Position numbers and translations under genes: made by a program. From a virus (Duplodnaviria; Caudoviricetes), in IMG/VR virus record IMGVR_UViG_3300043464_001162, positions 23,045 through 87,044 of that record: a stretch of 64,000 bases of DNA, one strand, 5' to 3'. The notes below the pieces were generated by a model. The model worked only from the letters and a program-made list of their open reading frames with translations. It was not told the DNA's origin and did no database searches. Shown here in pieces: positions 19,737 through 29,653 of the stretch. Each line of letters begins with the position of its first letter. Position 1 is the first letter of the stretch.

Positions 19737-19988
19737 ATGGCTTTAAAGAAAAAAGAAGTTACAGAAGTTGTAAAGAATGAAATTCCACAACAAACTAATA
19801 TCATTTCAAATGAAGAGTTATTAATGCTTGAAACTAAAAAAGTTAAAGCTTTGGAAAAGATTGCAAATTCATTAGATGCTCTTACGGTTTGGTTTGAAGA
19901 AATTGATAAAGACGATTGGAGTAGTAGAATTCAATACTATTTGTCTGAATTTCACAAGGTAGTACCAAAAGACAAAAACGATGCATAA
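19737..19988 (+). CDS. Hypothetical protein (83 aa)
   Basis: ORF in operon context. Confidence 0.65.
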   Translation: MALKKKEVTEVVKNEIPQQTNIISNEELLMLETKKVKALEKIANSLDALTVWFEEIDKDDWSSRIQYYLSEFHKVVPKDKNDA

Positions 19989-21276
19989 ACTTGGTGTAAT
20001 AGTTCCATACAGAAACAGGTATGAACATTTACAAGAGTTTAAAAAAAGTATAGTAGAATATTTAGAATCTAAAAATATAGATTTTAAAATTATTATTGTT
20101 GAACAAGACAATGCTAAACTTTTTAATAGAGGAATGTTATGCAACATTGGATTTATAGAAGCACAAAAAGAAAATTGTGATTATATAGTAATTCACGATG
20201 TTGATATGATACCAGTTGATGTTGATTATTCATACTCAAATGTGCCAGTCCATTTGGCAACTGATAATATTCCATTTGAATCTTATTTTGGCGGAATGAC
20301 TTTGTTTCCTACCGATATATTTCAAAAAATAAATGGTTTTTCTAATTTATATTGGGGTTGGGGATTTGAAGATGATGATTTGCGATATAGATGTGTAAGA
20401 AAGAGTGTACCTTTTGCAAAAATTATAAATGATACATTTACTAAACAAAAATTACCTATTTTCAATGGGGTAAATGCTTTTGCAAAAATTCCTAATATTA
20501 TAAATTATAATAGAAGTTTTAAAATAGAATTGGATATAAATTTATCCAGAGTTGTTTATGATGAAAACTTACAATTTGATATATTTCCTATTTTATCAAT
20601 AAAGGGTTATGATTTCAAACTTTTTTATAATTCTTTTAATAGATTTTATTTACAATTGTTTGATAAAAAGGGTAATTACTATGATGTTTATTCGGATATA
20701 GTAACTGTATCGAATAATAAAATATCGATTGAATATCTTAAAGAAAACAACACCATAAATTTTTCAGTAAACGATAGTTTACATAGTATTGAACTTTCTA
20801 ATCACATATACAATTATTCAAATGTAGATAATATAATAATTGGCTCGGATGATGAGAAAAAACATTTTTTCAAAGGTAGTGTAAATGAATTTTTATTAAC
20901 ACAAAATGATGATGTAAAAATGCACTATCAAAATTATGATATTGAAGAATATAAATTTATTGATATTTCTGGTAATGAAAATCACGGAGAATTTTTTAAT
21001 ATCTATATAGACCATTTTAAGCCATTTGTAAATTATTATTCATATATTCCATTTAGACGAAATAGTAAATTAATAAAATTGGAACATAAAGATTGTGGAT
21101 TTAATGATGGTAGATGGCAAGATGATAATAGTAGGTGGAATCAATTAAGATATAATAATGAAGTACAGATAGGTTCTAGAGATAGAAAAATAGATGGCCT
21201 TTCAACTTTAGTAAAATATAAATTATATGGTAAGACTAACCAAAATAATATAATGCATTTAAATGTTGGAATATAA
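19981..21276 (+). CDS. GT7 (beta-1,4-galactosyltransferase-like) enzyme with inserted LamG/ConA-like domain
   Basis: VPYRNR, FNRG, HDVD, YFGG, NGFSNLYWGWGFEDDD; FNG...FKG beta-sandwich insert; C-terminal DGL..KY. Confidence 0.85.
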   Translation: MHKLGVIVPYRNRYEHLQEFKKSIVEYLESKNIDFKIIIVEQDNAKLFNRGMLCNIGFIEAQKENCDYIVIHDVDMIPVDVDYSYSNVPVHLATDNIPFESYFGGMTLFPTDIFQKINGFSNLYWGWGFEDDDLRYRCVRKSVPFAKIINDTFTKQKLPIFNGVNAFAKIPNIINYNRSFKIELDINLSRVVYDENLQFDIFPILSIKGYDFKLFYNSFNRFYLQLFDKKGNYYDVYSDIVTVSNNKISIEYLKENNTINFSVNDSLHSIELSNHIYNYSNVDNIIIGSDDEKKHFFKGSVNEFLLTQNDDVKMHYQNYDIEEYKFIDISGNENHGEFFNIYIDHFKPFVNYYSYIPFRRNSKLIKLEHKDCGFNDGRWQDDNSRWNQLRYNNEVQIGSRDRKIDGLSTLVKYKLYGKTNQNNIMHLNVGI

Positions 21277-22694
21277 TGAAATTAGGAGTTTGTGTACCAT
21301 ATAGAAATAGAGAAGCTCATATGAATGAGTTTGTTCCTCACGTTTCAAAGTTTTTGGAAGAGAGAGGAATTGAACATACAATTTATTTAGCACACCAATG
21401 TGATGATAAACTTTTTAATAGAGGTTTAATGAAAAATATTGCCGCTAAACATGCATTTGATGATGGGTGTGATTATATTGTATGGCACGACATTGATATG
21501 GTTCCTGAAGATGAGAGTTGTGACTATTCATTTCCAAAAGACAATCCACAACACATAGCAGTTCGTATATCACAATCAGACTATCAATTAAAATATGAGG
21601 AATACTTTGGTGGTGCAGTTGTATTCTCAAAAGAACAAGTAGAAAGAACTAACGGATATTCAAATGATTATTGGGATTGGGGAATGGAGGATGATGACCT
21701 TTTTTGGAGATGTGTAATGGAAGGATACGCTGAAAAAACTAAATTAGATTTCAATAAAGAAATGTATGTGGCAAATTTTAATGGTGTAAACTCAAAGATA
21801 CAATTTAGGCCAAGTAGAGAACAAAAAGATTCAATCTCAAACTCACATACCATTTCAGTATTAGTAAAGGCAGACCAACAAATTGAAAAAGTTCCTATTT
21901 GGTTAATCGGTGATGAAGATAGACAATTTATAGAATACCCAATTTTCAGAAAACCTGGATATGATTGGGGATTGTCATTTAATAATAGTAGAGCATATAC
22001 AATGCAACTATGGGATAGAATGAAGGGACATTTATATCAATGGATTAAAAGATATGAAAATCAATGGAGTTGGATAACAATGTCAGTTGACGCTGAAAAT
22101 AAAAAAGTACATTTTTATTTAAATGGTAGAGAAAGTGATGCAAGATTAGGAACTGGAACACAATCACCACTATATTTTAATGAAACATTGAAACGATATG
22201 GAATGGAACCATTTTATGTTGGATACTCAAAATCACCAGTCGAATCTTTTTTCAAAGGTGGTATTGCAAGTATACAAATGTGGAATAGGTGTTTGACTCC
22301 AGAAGAAATAAAAAATATACATAAAGAAACACCTGAAGATAATTTAATATTAGATATATTCACTATGAATTTAGAGTTTGGTGAAATGGAAAATATTAAA
22401 TTAACAAAAGAAACAATAGAAATACCACATACAATATTACCCCATAGACGAGATGGTAAATTTAAATGTTTACCACATCAAACGGAAGGATTGATAAGTG
22501 TTGGTGGTATTGACAAATGGGCAAAAGGTGAAACTACTGCAAGAAACGAAAGGCGATATATATTAAAAATGCAACAAGGTGAAATTGATTATAAAACGGA
22601 TGGTATCAATAATATGAAATACCAATTTATTTCAATTGACACTATTTATGATAGACATAAAATGATAAATGTTAAAACAATAAGTTATGAGTGA
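21276..22694 (+). CDS. GT7 (beta-1,4-galactosyltransferase-like) enzyme with inserted LamG/ConA-like domain
   Basis: VPYRNR, FNRG, HDID, YFGG, NGYSNDYWDWGMEDDD; FYLNG...FKGGIASIQMWNRCLTPEEI LamG signature. Confidence 0.85.
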   Translation: MKLGVCVPYRNREAHMNEFVPHVSKFLEERGIEHTIYLAHQCDDKLFNRGLMKNIAAKHAFDDGCDYIVWHDIDMVPEDESCDYSFPKDNPQHIAVRISQSDYQLKYEEYFGGAVVFSKEQVERTNGYSNDYWDWGMEDDDLFWRCVMEGYAEKTKLDFNKEMYVANFNGVNSKIQFRPSREQKDSISNSHTISVLVKADQQIEKVPIWLIGDEDRQFIEYPIFRKPGYDWGLSFNNSRAYTMQLWDRMKGHLYQWIKRYENQWSWITMSVDAENKKVHFYLNGRESDARLGTGTQSPLYFNETLKRYGMEPFYVGYSKSPVESFFKGGIASIQMWNRCLTPEEIKNIHKETPEDNLILDIFTMNLEFGEMENIKLTKETIEIPHTILPHRRDGKFKCLPHQTEGLISVGGIDKWAKGETTARNERRYILKMQQGEIDYKTDGINNMKYQFISIDTIYDRHKMINVKTISYE

Positions 22695-24102
22695 TGATAA
22701 AACATATATAGAGAACCCCCTATATGTAAAAGTAAGAGATGAATTAAATACGGTTGGTACGGGTATGTGTTTGGCAAAATGGACACAAGTAACCCTACAA
22801 TTACAAAGTGGTCATAATCACTCATGTCACCATCCAAAAACCCATAAAATTTCAGAAGTCGAAATAGCTAGAAATCCATCTGCACTTCACAACACTAGAT
22901 TTAAGAAATTAAAAAGAAAAGAGATGTTGAGTGGTGCAAGACCTAGTGAGTGTGATTATTGTTGGAATGTAGAGGATAACTCCGATAGATTTAGTGATAG
23001 AGTTTTTAAATCAGGAGAAAGTTGGTCATACCCATTCAAAGAAGAAATTTTTAATTCAGATTGGAGAGAAGACTACAACCCAAAATATGTGGAAGTTTCT
23101 TTCTCAAATGCATGTAATTTTAAATGTTCATATTGTGGCCCTGCATATAGTTCTAAATGGGTAGAAGAGGTTGAAGAATTTGGCCACTACCCAACAACTG
23201 ATAGATTTAATTCAAATGAATGGCTTAAAATAGAAGATAAATTTCCAATTCCACATAAAGATGCAAATCCATATGTAGAAGCATTTTGGAAATGGTGGCC
23301 AGAACTATATAGAGATTTACATACATTTAGAATAACTGGAGGAGAACCATTATTGTCAAAAGATACTTGGGGTGTATTGGATTTTATTATAAATGAACCA
23401 AATCCAAACACAGAGCTAAAATTAGCAATAAATTCTAATTTAGGAATACCTGATAGTTTGGTTGATAAATTTATTGAAAAAATAAAAAAAATCGAAGATG
23501 GTGGTAAAGTAAAAGAAATCGTAATTTTCACATCAGTAGATACTTGGGGAGAACAGGCAGAATATATTAGAACTGGATTAGAATTTAATAGATGGTGGAA
23601 TAATATAAATAAAATAATGACGAAATGTCCAAGAGTTATTATTACATTTATGTCAACTTATAATGCATTGAGTATTTTTAATTATGAGAAATTAATTCAT
23701 AATGTTTATAAATTAAAAGACGAATATGCATCAACCGATAGATATTGGTCATCTGCAGTATTCTTAGACTCATCGTATCTTAGATACCCATTCCATCAAG
23801 CAGTGCAAGTTTTACCAATGGATTTTTCTAAATACATTTTAGACCAAGCAAAATTGATTACATATTATGCAGCACCTAATTTTAGTCACGAACATATTGG
23901 GTATAGTGATGTAGAAGTTCAGAAAGTAAAAAGAATTTATGATTGGATGAATGCACCACAAGATGCTGAAACACAAATGAAAAATAGATATAATTTTTAT
24001 CAATACTTTTCAAATCACGATATTAGAAGAGGAACTAATTTTCTAAAAACATTTCCTGAATTAGAAGAATTTTACAACTTCTGTAAAACAATACAATTAT
24101 GA
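22687..24102 (+). CDS. Radical SAM protein with N-terminal twitch/SPASM-like Cys cluster
   Basis: CNFKCSYC, TGGEP; N-terminal C..KW, SCHH, CDYCW. Confidence 0.85.
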   Translation: MSDDKTYIENPLYVKVRDELNTVGTGMCLAKWTQVTLQLQSGHNHSCHHPKTHKISEVEIARNPSALHNTRFKKLKRKEMLSGARPSECDYCWNVEDNSDRFSDRVFKSGESWSYPFKEEIFNSDWREDYNPKYVEVSFSNACNFKCSYCGPAYSSKWVEEVEEFGHYPTTDRFNSNEWLKIEDKFPIPHKDANPYVEAFWKWWPELYRDLHTFRITGGEPLLSKDTWGVLDFIINEPNPNTELKLAINSNLGIPDSLVDKFIEKIKKIEDGGKVKEIVIFTSVDTWGEQAEYIRTGLEFNRWWNNINKIMTKCPRVIITFMSTYNALSIFNYEKLIHNVYKLKDEYASTDRYWSSAVFLDSSYLRYPFHQAVQVLPMDFSKYILDQAKLITYYAAPNFSHEHIGYSDVEVQKVKRIYDWMNAPQDAETQMKNRYNFYQYFSNHDIRRGTNFLKTFPELEEFYNFCKTIQL

Positions 24103-24851
24103 GTTTAAGAATAAATAAAGATAATATAGTTTTTGTATTACCTGAAAGTAGATATGCGGTATCAAGTAGAATTGATACTTGGATGGATGAGGACTTTACA
24201 CTACATGTAACTGCAAAAATATTCGAAGAAGTATTAACGGAAAGAGAAACATTTATAATTTCTAGAAATGGAATGCATTCGGGAATCTCCGCATTCAAAG
24301 ATTCGTATGGTAATTGTAATATAGTATTTACATATTGGTTCAAAAAACCAGATGGTTCTGCAATTCCAAAACAAGTTATTTATTTATTAAAAAAAGACCA
24401 GTTAAATGATTTTAATGAATATACTATGATTTGTGACCATAATGATGAAAAAACAATTACATGTTATGTTAATGGATTTGAGATTGGAAAAATTGAATAT
24501 GAAAAAGACATTAAAGAATCATATAAAAATTGTTTTTATTGGTTTGCATGTGGTAGTATGATAGGGCCCGAAGAACATAATGCAATTGGTGATTTTGAAT
24601 ATAAACTATCTTTTGTTTTAAATAAAAAATTAGACATAGTTGATACACAGGATATAATCGATACTTACTATGACAAATATAGTCATATTATATTTGAAAA
24701 TAATTTAAGAAAATTAAATTATGACCATCCACTTAGAGATAATTTTGCATTCTTATGTGATTTTCAAAATCATAATAGATATAAAATATGGGATATAAGT
24801 TTTAGTGGAAATTATCCACAATTTTATATAGATAAAAATATTTATTTTTAA
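24099..24851 (+). CDS. LamG/ConA-like domain protein
   Basis: FTLHV, CYVNG, IWDISFSGN resemble the LamG inserts of the neighbouring GT7 enzymes. Confidence 0.45.
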   Translation: MSLRINKDNIVFVLPESRYAVSSRIDTWMDEDFTLHVTAKIFEEVLTERETFIISRNGMHSGISAFKDSYGNCNIVFTYWFKKPDGSAIPKQVIYLLKKDQLNDFNEYTMICDHNDEKTITCYVNGFEIGKIEYEKDIKESYKNCFYWFACGSMIGPEEHNAIGDFEYKLSFVLNKKLDIVDTQDIIDTYYDKYSHIIFENNLRKLNYDHPLRDNFAFLCDFQNHNRYKIWDISFSGNYPQFYIDKNIYF

Positions 24852-24861
24852 AAGTAAATTT

Positions 24862-25833
24862 ATGAAAATACTAATTACGGGTGGTGCTGGTTATTTAGGT
24901 TCGGTTATAACAAAAAGAATGTTAGACGAAGGACATGAAGTTATTGTTTTGGATAAGTTAATATTTAACCAAACATCTTTATTGGGATACACATACACTT
25001 CTAAGTTTCGATTTATCTATGGTGATGTTAGAAATGAATCACTATTAGAAAAATTATGTAATGAAGTTGATGTAATAATTCCATTGGCTGCAATAGTAGG
25101 ATTCCCTGCATGTTCTGCAGACCCAAAATTAGCAAAAGAAATTAATTTTCAACAAATAGTAAACATAGTTAAATTTACAAACGGAAAAGGTAAAAAGATT
25201 TTATATCCAAATACAAATAGTGGATATGGTTTAGGTTTAGGACAAACGGAATGTACCGAAGAATCTCCACTTACACCAATATCAGTTTATGGCCAAACCA
25301 AATGTGACGCTGAAAACTTTTTAAGAACCTCTACCGATGCAATTATTTTCAGATTAGCTACGGTATTTGGAGTATCTACAAGAATGAGGACGGATTTATT
25401 GGTAAATGACTTTGTTTATAAAGCAATAACGGACAAATATATCGTTGTATTTGAAAAGACTTTTAAAAGAAACTTTATACACATTAGAGATGTTGCATCT
25501 GTATTTTGTTTTATGTTAGAAAGATACGACAAATATAAAGGAGAAATTTTTAATATAGGATTGAGTGATGCAAATCTTTCAAAACAAGAGTTATTAGAAA
25601 AAATACAAACTCATGTAAAAGATTTTGCAGTTTCTTATAACGATTATTACGAAGACCCAGATAAAAGAGATTATGTAGTATCAAACGAAAAAGTAGAGTC
25701 AACAGGATGGAGACCACATATGGATTTAGACAAAGGTATTAAAGAACTTATAATGGCATATCAAATGATTGTACCTAAAATGGGTGCAGAATTTAGAAAT
25801 GGTTTCCCGTTGGGTTACGCAAATCAAACATAA
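24862..25833 (+). CDS. NAD-dependent NDP-sugar epimerase/dehydratase (extended SDR)
   Basis: ITGGAGYLGS, YGQTK, RNFIHIRD. Confidence 0.9.
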   Translation: MKILITGGAGYLGSVITKRMLDEGHEVIVLDKLIFNQTSLLGYTYTSKFRFIYGDVRNESLLEKLCNEVDVIIPLAAIVGFPACSADPKLAKEINFQQIVNIVKFTNGKGKKILYPNTNSGYGLGLGQTECTEESPLTPISVYGQTKCDAENFLRTSTDAIIFRLATVFGVSTRMRTDLLVNDFVYKAITDKYIVVFEKTFKRNFIHIRDVASVFCFMLERYDKYKGEIFNIGLSDANLSKQELLEKIQTHVKDFAVSYNDYYEDPDKRDYVVSNEKVESTGWRPHMDLDKGIKELIMAYQMIVPKMGAEFRNGFPLGYANQT

Positions 25834-25834
25834 T

Positions 25835-26380
25835 ATGAGTAATAAATGGGATGAGTTTCAAATTACTCCATCGAAAAAATTTGGTTATGAAGTACCAACA
25901 TATACTCCATCAATTTATAGAGAATATAGAGGTGAAATATTTACAACCTTTCATTCGGAAGAACATCCTGTAATGACACAAATCCACTACGATAAAAGTG
26001 AGATTAGTATTCATGGTAGATTCTCAAAATCATACAAAGGTGTGTTAAGAGGATTACATTGGGATAGTAAAACGTGGAAGTTAGTTCAAGCTGCAGTTGG
26101 TGACATTTATTTAGTCGTTTTAGATATGAGATTAAACTCACCAACATCAGGAGAGTGGGAAAGTTTTATTTTATCTGAAAGAAATAGAAATCAAGTATTA
26201 GTTCCACCAGGATTTGCAAATGGACACTACGCATTGACTGATTGTATGTTTCATTATAACTTATTTTATAAAGATGGTTATGTGGATGCAGACGAGCAGG
26301 GTGTAGTCAAATGGAACGACCCGGAATATCAAATGGAATGGCCAACAAATAATCCAATATTACAAAAAAGAGACAAATGA
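25835..26380 (+). CDS. rmlC: dTDP-4-dehydrorhamnose 3,5-epimerase-like cupin
   Basis: RG.F, S..GVLRGLHWD, KLV, VVLDMR.NSPT, VPPGFANGH, WNDP....WP; start at 25835 preferred over 25769. Confidence 0.85.
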   Translation: MSNKWDEFQITPSKKFGYEVPTYTPSIYREYRGEIFTTFHSEEHPVMTQIHYDKSEISIHGRFSKSYKGVLRGLHWDSKTWKLVQAAVGDIYLVVLDMRLNSPTSGEWESFILSERNRNQVLVPPGFANGHYALTDCMFHYNLFYKDGYVDADEQGVVKWNDPEYQMEWPTNNPILQKRDK

Positions 26381-27015
26381 TAAAAAATTTAGAACAATAT
26401 CCAATAGTAAGAACGGAAAACAAAATTGGATGGACACCGGAAAAACTTATTAGATTTGAAAATAGAATAGTTGAACATTGGGAAGCTGGTAAAATAAGAG
26501 GCCCTATTCATTTATCAAACGGAAACGAAGAACAACTAATTGAAATATTCAAAAGAGTATCAGAAAACGATTGGGTATTTTCAACATGGCGTTCACATTA
26601 TCATTGGTTATTAAAGGGTATTTCGTCCGATTATGCAGAGTCACTTATATTGGATGGTAAATCTATCACCTTATGTGATATAGATGATAAATTCTACTCA
26701 TCTGCAATTGTGGGAGGTACTCTATCCATTGCATTAGGTGTTGCAATAGGAATTAAACAAAAAGGTGGGGATGAAAAAGTGTTTGTATTCATTGGTGATA
26801 TGTCATTTGAAAGTGGCATATTCTACGAAGTTCACAAATATGCAAGAAATTTTGACTTACCAATTGTATTTGTAGTTGAAGATAATGCAGTATCAACTTA
26901 TACACCAACAGAAGCAACTTGGAATAAAAAAAGAGAAATTCCATCCGATGTAATCCATTACACTTATAAATCAAAGTATCCACATTACGGAAGTGGTAAG
27001 TGGGTAGTATTTTAG
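26377..27015 (+). CDS. TPP-dependent enzyme, E1-alpha-like (PP domain only)
   Basis: HLSNGNE, STWRSH, IVGG, GDMSFESG...EDN TPP-binding motif. Confidence 0.85.
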   Translation: MIKNLEQYPIVRTENKIGWTPEKLIRFENRIVEHWEAGKIRGPIHLSNGNEEQLIEIFKRVSENDWVFSTWRSHYHWLLKGISSDYAESLILDGKSITLCDIDDKFYSSAIVGGTLSIALGVAIGIKQKGGDEKVFVFIGDMSFESGIFYEVHKYARNFDLPIVFVVEDNAVSTYTPTEATWNKKREIPSDVIHYTYKSKYPHYGSGKWVVF

Positions 27016-27016
27016 T

Positions 27017-28222
27017 ATGTTATATAATCCAACAAAAGATAATTTTGACAGATTTATATCTGATTGGGATATAGAAACCGAGTATGTTTTATTTGGTGCA
27101 AGTAAAGAGTGCGTCCAATTCATTAGAAGTTTAGACTTACTAATGGGTGATAAAAAATTAAAAATTAAATATATTGTAGACCATAATATAAAGGATACTA
27201 CAACATTGGATAGTATAAATGAAATTAGTAAATTTTTCAGACAATCAAAAGATATTAAAACCAATAGAACGGATTTAAAATTAATTCATATTGATGACTT
27301 TGATGTAACTAAAAATGAACAAGTTATTATAACAACCGATGTTTATAGACAATTTTATAAAGAGTATTTAGAAAAACATAATATTCAATATACTTGGTAT
27401 AAAAATATAGCATCTATCTGGCCACTCAAATATGAAAACAAAGTTCACATATTTCAAACGGATGTATTGGTTACGGAAAAATGTACATTAGCATGTTCTC
27501 ATTGTAATATGTTTATGCCACATTTTGTTTCACCAAACCATAGAGATTTAGAAATAATAAAATCCGACATTGATTTATTTTTTAACAAAGTAGATTATGT
27601 TAGTGTATTTCATTTAGTAGGTGGTGAACCATTTTTATATCCACACATAGAAGATGTTATTCGTTATGTTCTTACAAATTATATAAGTAAAATTGACAAA
27701 TTAATAATCACAACAAATGGTACAATAAAACCAAAACAAAGTATATTAGACTTATTAAAAAGTAATGATATTATTTTAAGTATTAGTGACTATACCGATA
27801 AATTAGAAAATATAAAATCAAAAGTTTCAAAAGTATTGGAAACTTATAAAACCGAAAATATAAATCATTATGTTCGAACTGAAATTGAATGGTATGATTT
27901 TGGTGATTTAAGAATTAAAAAGAATTTAGAAACGGATACGTTAATTAAGCACTTTGATAGTTGTACGGCACCATTCAGAGGTTTGAACGATGGTAAGTTT
28001 TATTATTGTCATTTAAATACATCAGCGGTATTAACAAAATTATTTCCATTAAATGATAATGATTATGTTGGTTTAAAAGATGTATCAAAAGAAGATTTAA
28101 TTAAATTTGACTTAGGTTATACCGATTTAGGATATATTACATTTTGTGATAATTGTAATGGATGTAATACTGGAATAAAAGTACCAGTAAGTTATGAAAA
28201 ACAAGGTTTAAGAGATTTATGA
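27017..28222 (+). CDS. Radical SAM protein
   Basis: CTLACSHC, VGGEPFL, TTNGT, C-terminal CDNCNGC. Confidence 0.85.
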   Translation: MLYNPTKDNFDRFISDWDIETEYVLFGASKECVQFIRSLDLLMGDKKLKIKYIVDHNIKDTTTLDSINEISKFFRQSKDIKTNRTDLKLIHIDDFDVTKNEQVIITTDVYRQFYKEYLEKHNIQYTWYKNIASIWPLKYENKVHIFQTDVLVTEKCTLACSHCNMFMPHFVSPNHRDLEIIKSDIDLFFNKVDYVSVFHLVGGEPFLYPHIEDVIRYVLTNYISKIDKLIITTNGTIKPKQSILDLLKSNDIILSISDYTDKLENIKSKVSKVLETYKTENINHYVRTEIEWYDFGDLRIKKNLETDTLIKHFDSCTAPFRGLNDGKFYYCHLNTSAVLTKLFPLNDNDYVGLKDVSKEDLIKFDLGYTDLGYITFCDNCNGCNTGIKVPVSYEKQGLRDL

Positions 28223-28656
28223 AAGTAATAATTGATATAGATAATACATTGTCAATCGCCACCGATAGATTTAAATTATCTGAAAAAGAAAACGGAAAAA
28301 CCGATTGGGATTTTGTCCATGCACCTGAAAATCTTATAAAAGACAAACCAAATTTACCAATGATTGAATTGGCAAAAAATTATAAAGAAAATGGTTTTGA
28401 AGTTATCATACTAACAGGCAGACCAGAATCTACAAGAAAGGTAACAAAAGAGTGGTTACAAAAATACAATATACCATACGATAAATTATATATGAGAAGT
28501 TGGGAAGATAATTTTTTAAAAGCACCTGTTTTTAAAAGAAAAATATATGAAAATGAAATAAAAGAAAATGTATTTTGTGCATATGATGATGACCAACGAA
28601 TAATAGATGTTTGGGTTGATTTAGGAATAACCAGTTTTAAAGTTTTTGTGATATAA
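28219..28656 (+). CDS. HAD phosphatase (T4 PNKP phosphatase-domain-like)
   Basis: DIDNT, LTGRPE, LYMR, K, YDDD. Confidence 0.85.
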   Translation: MKVIIDIDNTLSIATDRFKLSEKENGKTDWDFVHAPENLIKDKPNLPMIELAKNYKENGFEVIILTGRPESTRKVTKEWLQKYNIPYDKLYMRSWEDNFLKAPVFKRKIYENEIKENVFCAYDDDQRIIDVWVDLGITSFKVFVI

Positions 28657-29648
28657 TGAAATCAATAGACCATTATACTAAATTATTATTAAAAGATAAA
28701 GCTTTACAAAACCCAAACTCATTTGAAGAATTGGGTTATATTTTTTTTGGGCCACTACTATTCAATTTTTTTATTTGGTTAAAATTCGAAGTAAAAGGAA
28801 GTGACCTCATATTGTTTAATTCTAGAGAAGGGTATTTTTTAAAAGATATTTATGAATTATTCAAAATAAAATATAACTTACCAACGGGAGTATATTTTAA
28901 AACATCTAGAAAGATATCGTCTATTGCATCACTTTTTACCAATGAAGATATTTACAAAACATTTGACTCACATAGATATTCAGGAATTTTATCAAATTTA
29001 ATGAAAGATAGATTCGGAATAGAATGTGATAAAAATGATAATATAGATACTAAAACAGAAATTCCAAATATAGATGAATATGTTGAATCGATTTTAAATA
29101 ATGCAAAAAGAGTTAGAAATGACTACGGTAAGTATATAAATAATACAATAGTAAATCATAATAATATAGTAATGATTGATAGTGGATATCAGGGTACAAC
29201 ACAATATAATTTACAAAAAGCCTTTGGTCTATATGTAAGTGGTAGATATATAAATTACAAAGGAAATGAAAATTTATTAGATGTAGTTGGGTTATATGAT
29301 TTTAATAAAACCAATTTTCAAAAAAACATAATATTCTTTGAATCCATTTTTACCGATAAAGTTGGTTCATATATTGATATTGTAGATGGTAATTTTATAA
29401 ACGAAAAAATAGATGAAGATAATCACCATTTTGAAGAAAAGATAAAAATTATAAATGGTATAAAATTATTTATAAATGATATGTTTGTTGTTAATTTTGA
29501 TGAAACATCCGTATCATACGAATACTCCGATTATCTTTTTGATTTAATGTGTAAAGATGGTTTTATTAAAAATGAAAAGTTATTTGATATTTTTTTTCAC
29601 GATAATTATTATGTAAGAGATAGTGTCAAAAAAATAGTAAGACAATAA
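28656..29648 (+). CDS. HAD-associated polysaccharide-locus protein
   Basis: LGY..FGPLL, SREGY, SR, IDSGYQGTTQ motifs seen in C-terminal regions of glycan-locus HAD proteins. Confidence 0.5.
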   Translation: MKSIDHYTKLLLKDKALQNPNSFEELGYIFFGPLLFNFFIWLKFEVKGSDLILFNSREGYFLKDIYELFKIKYNLPTGVYFKTSRKISSIASLFTNEDIYKTFDSHRYSGILSNLMKDRFGIECDKNDNIDTKTEIPNIDEYVESILNNAKRVRNDYGKYINNTIVNHNNIVMIDSGYQGTTQYNLQKAFGLYVSGRYINYKGNENLLDVVGLYDFNKTNFQKNIIFFESIFTDKVGSYIDIVDGNFINEKIDEDNHHFEEKIKIINGIKLFINDMFVVNFDETSVSYEYSDYLFDLMCKDGFIKNEKLFDIFFHDNYYVRDSVKKIVRQ

Positions 29649-29653
29649 TTGTT

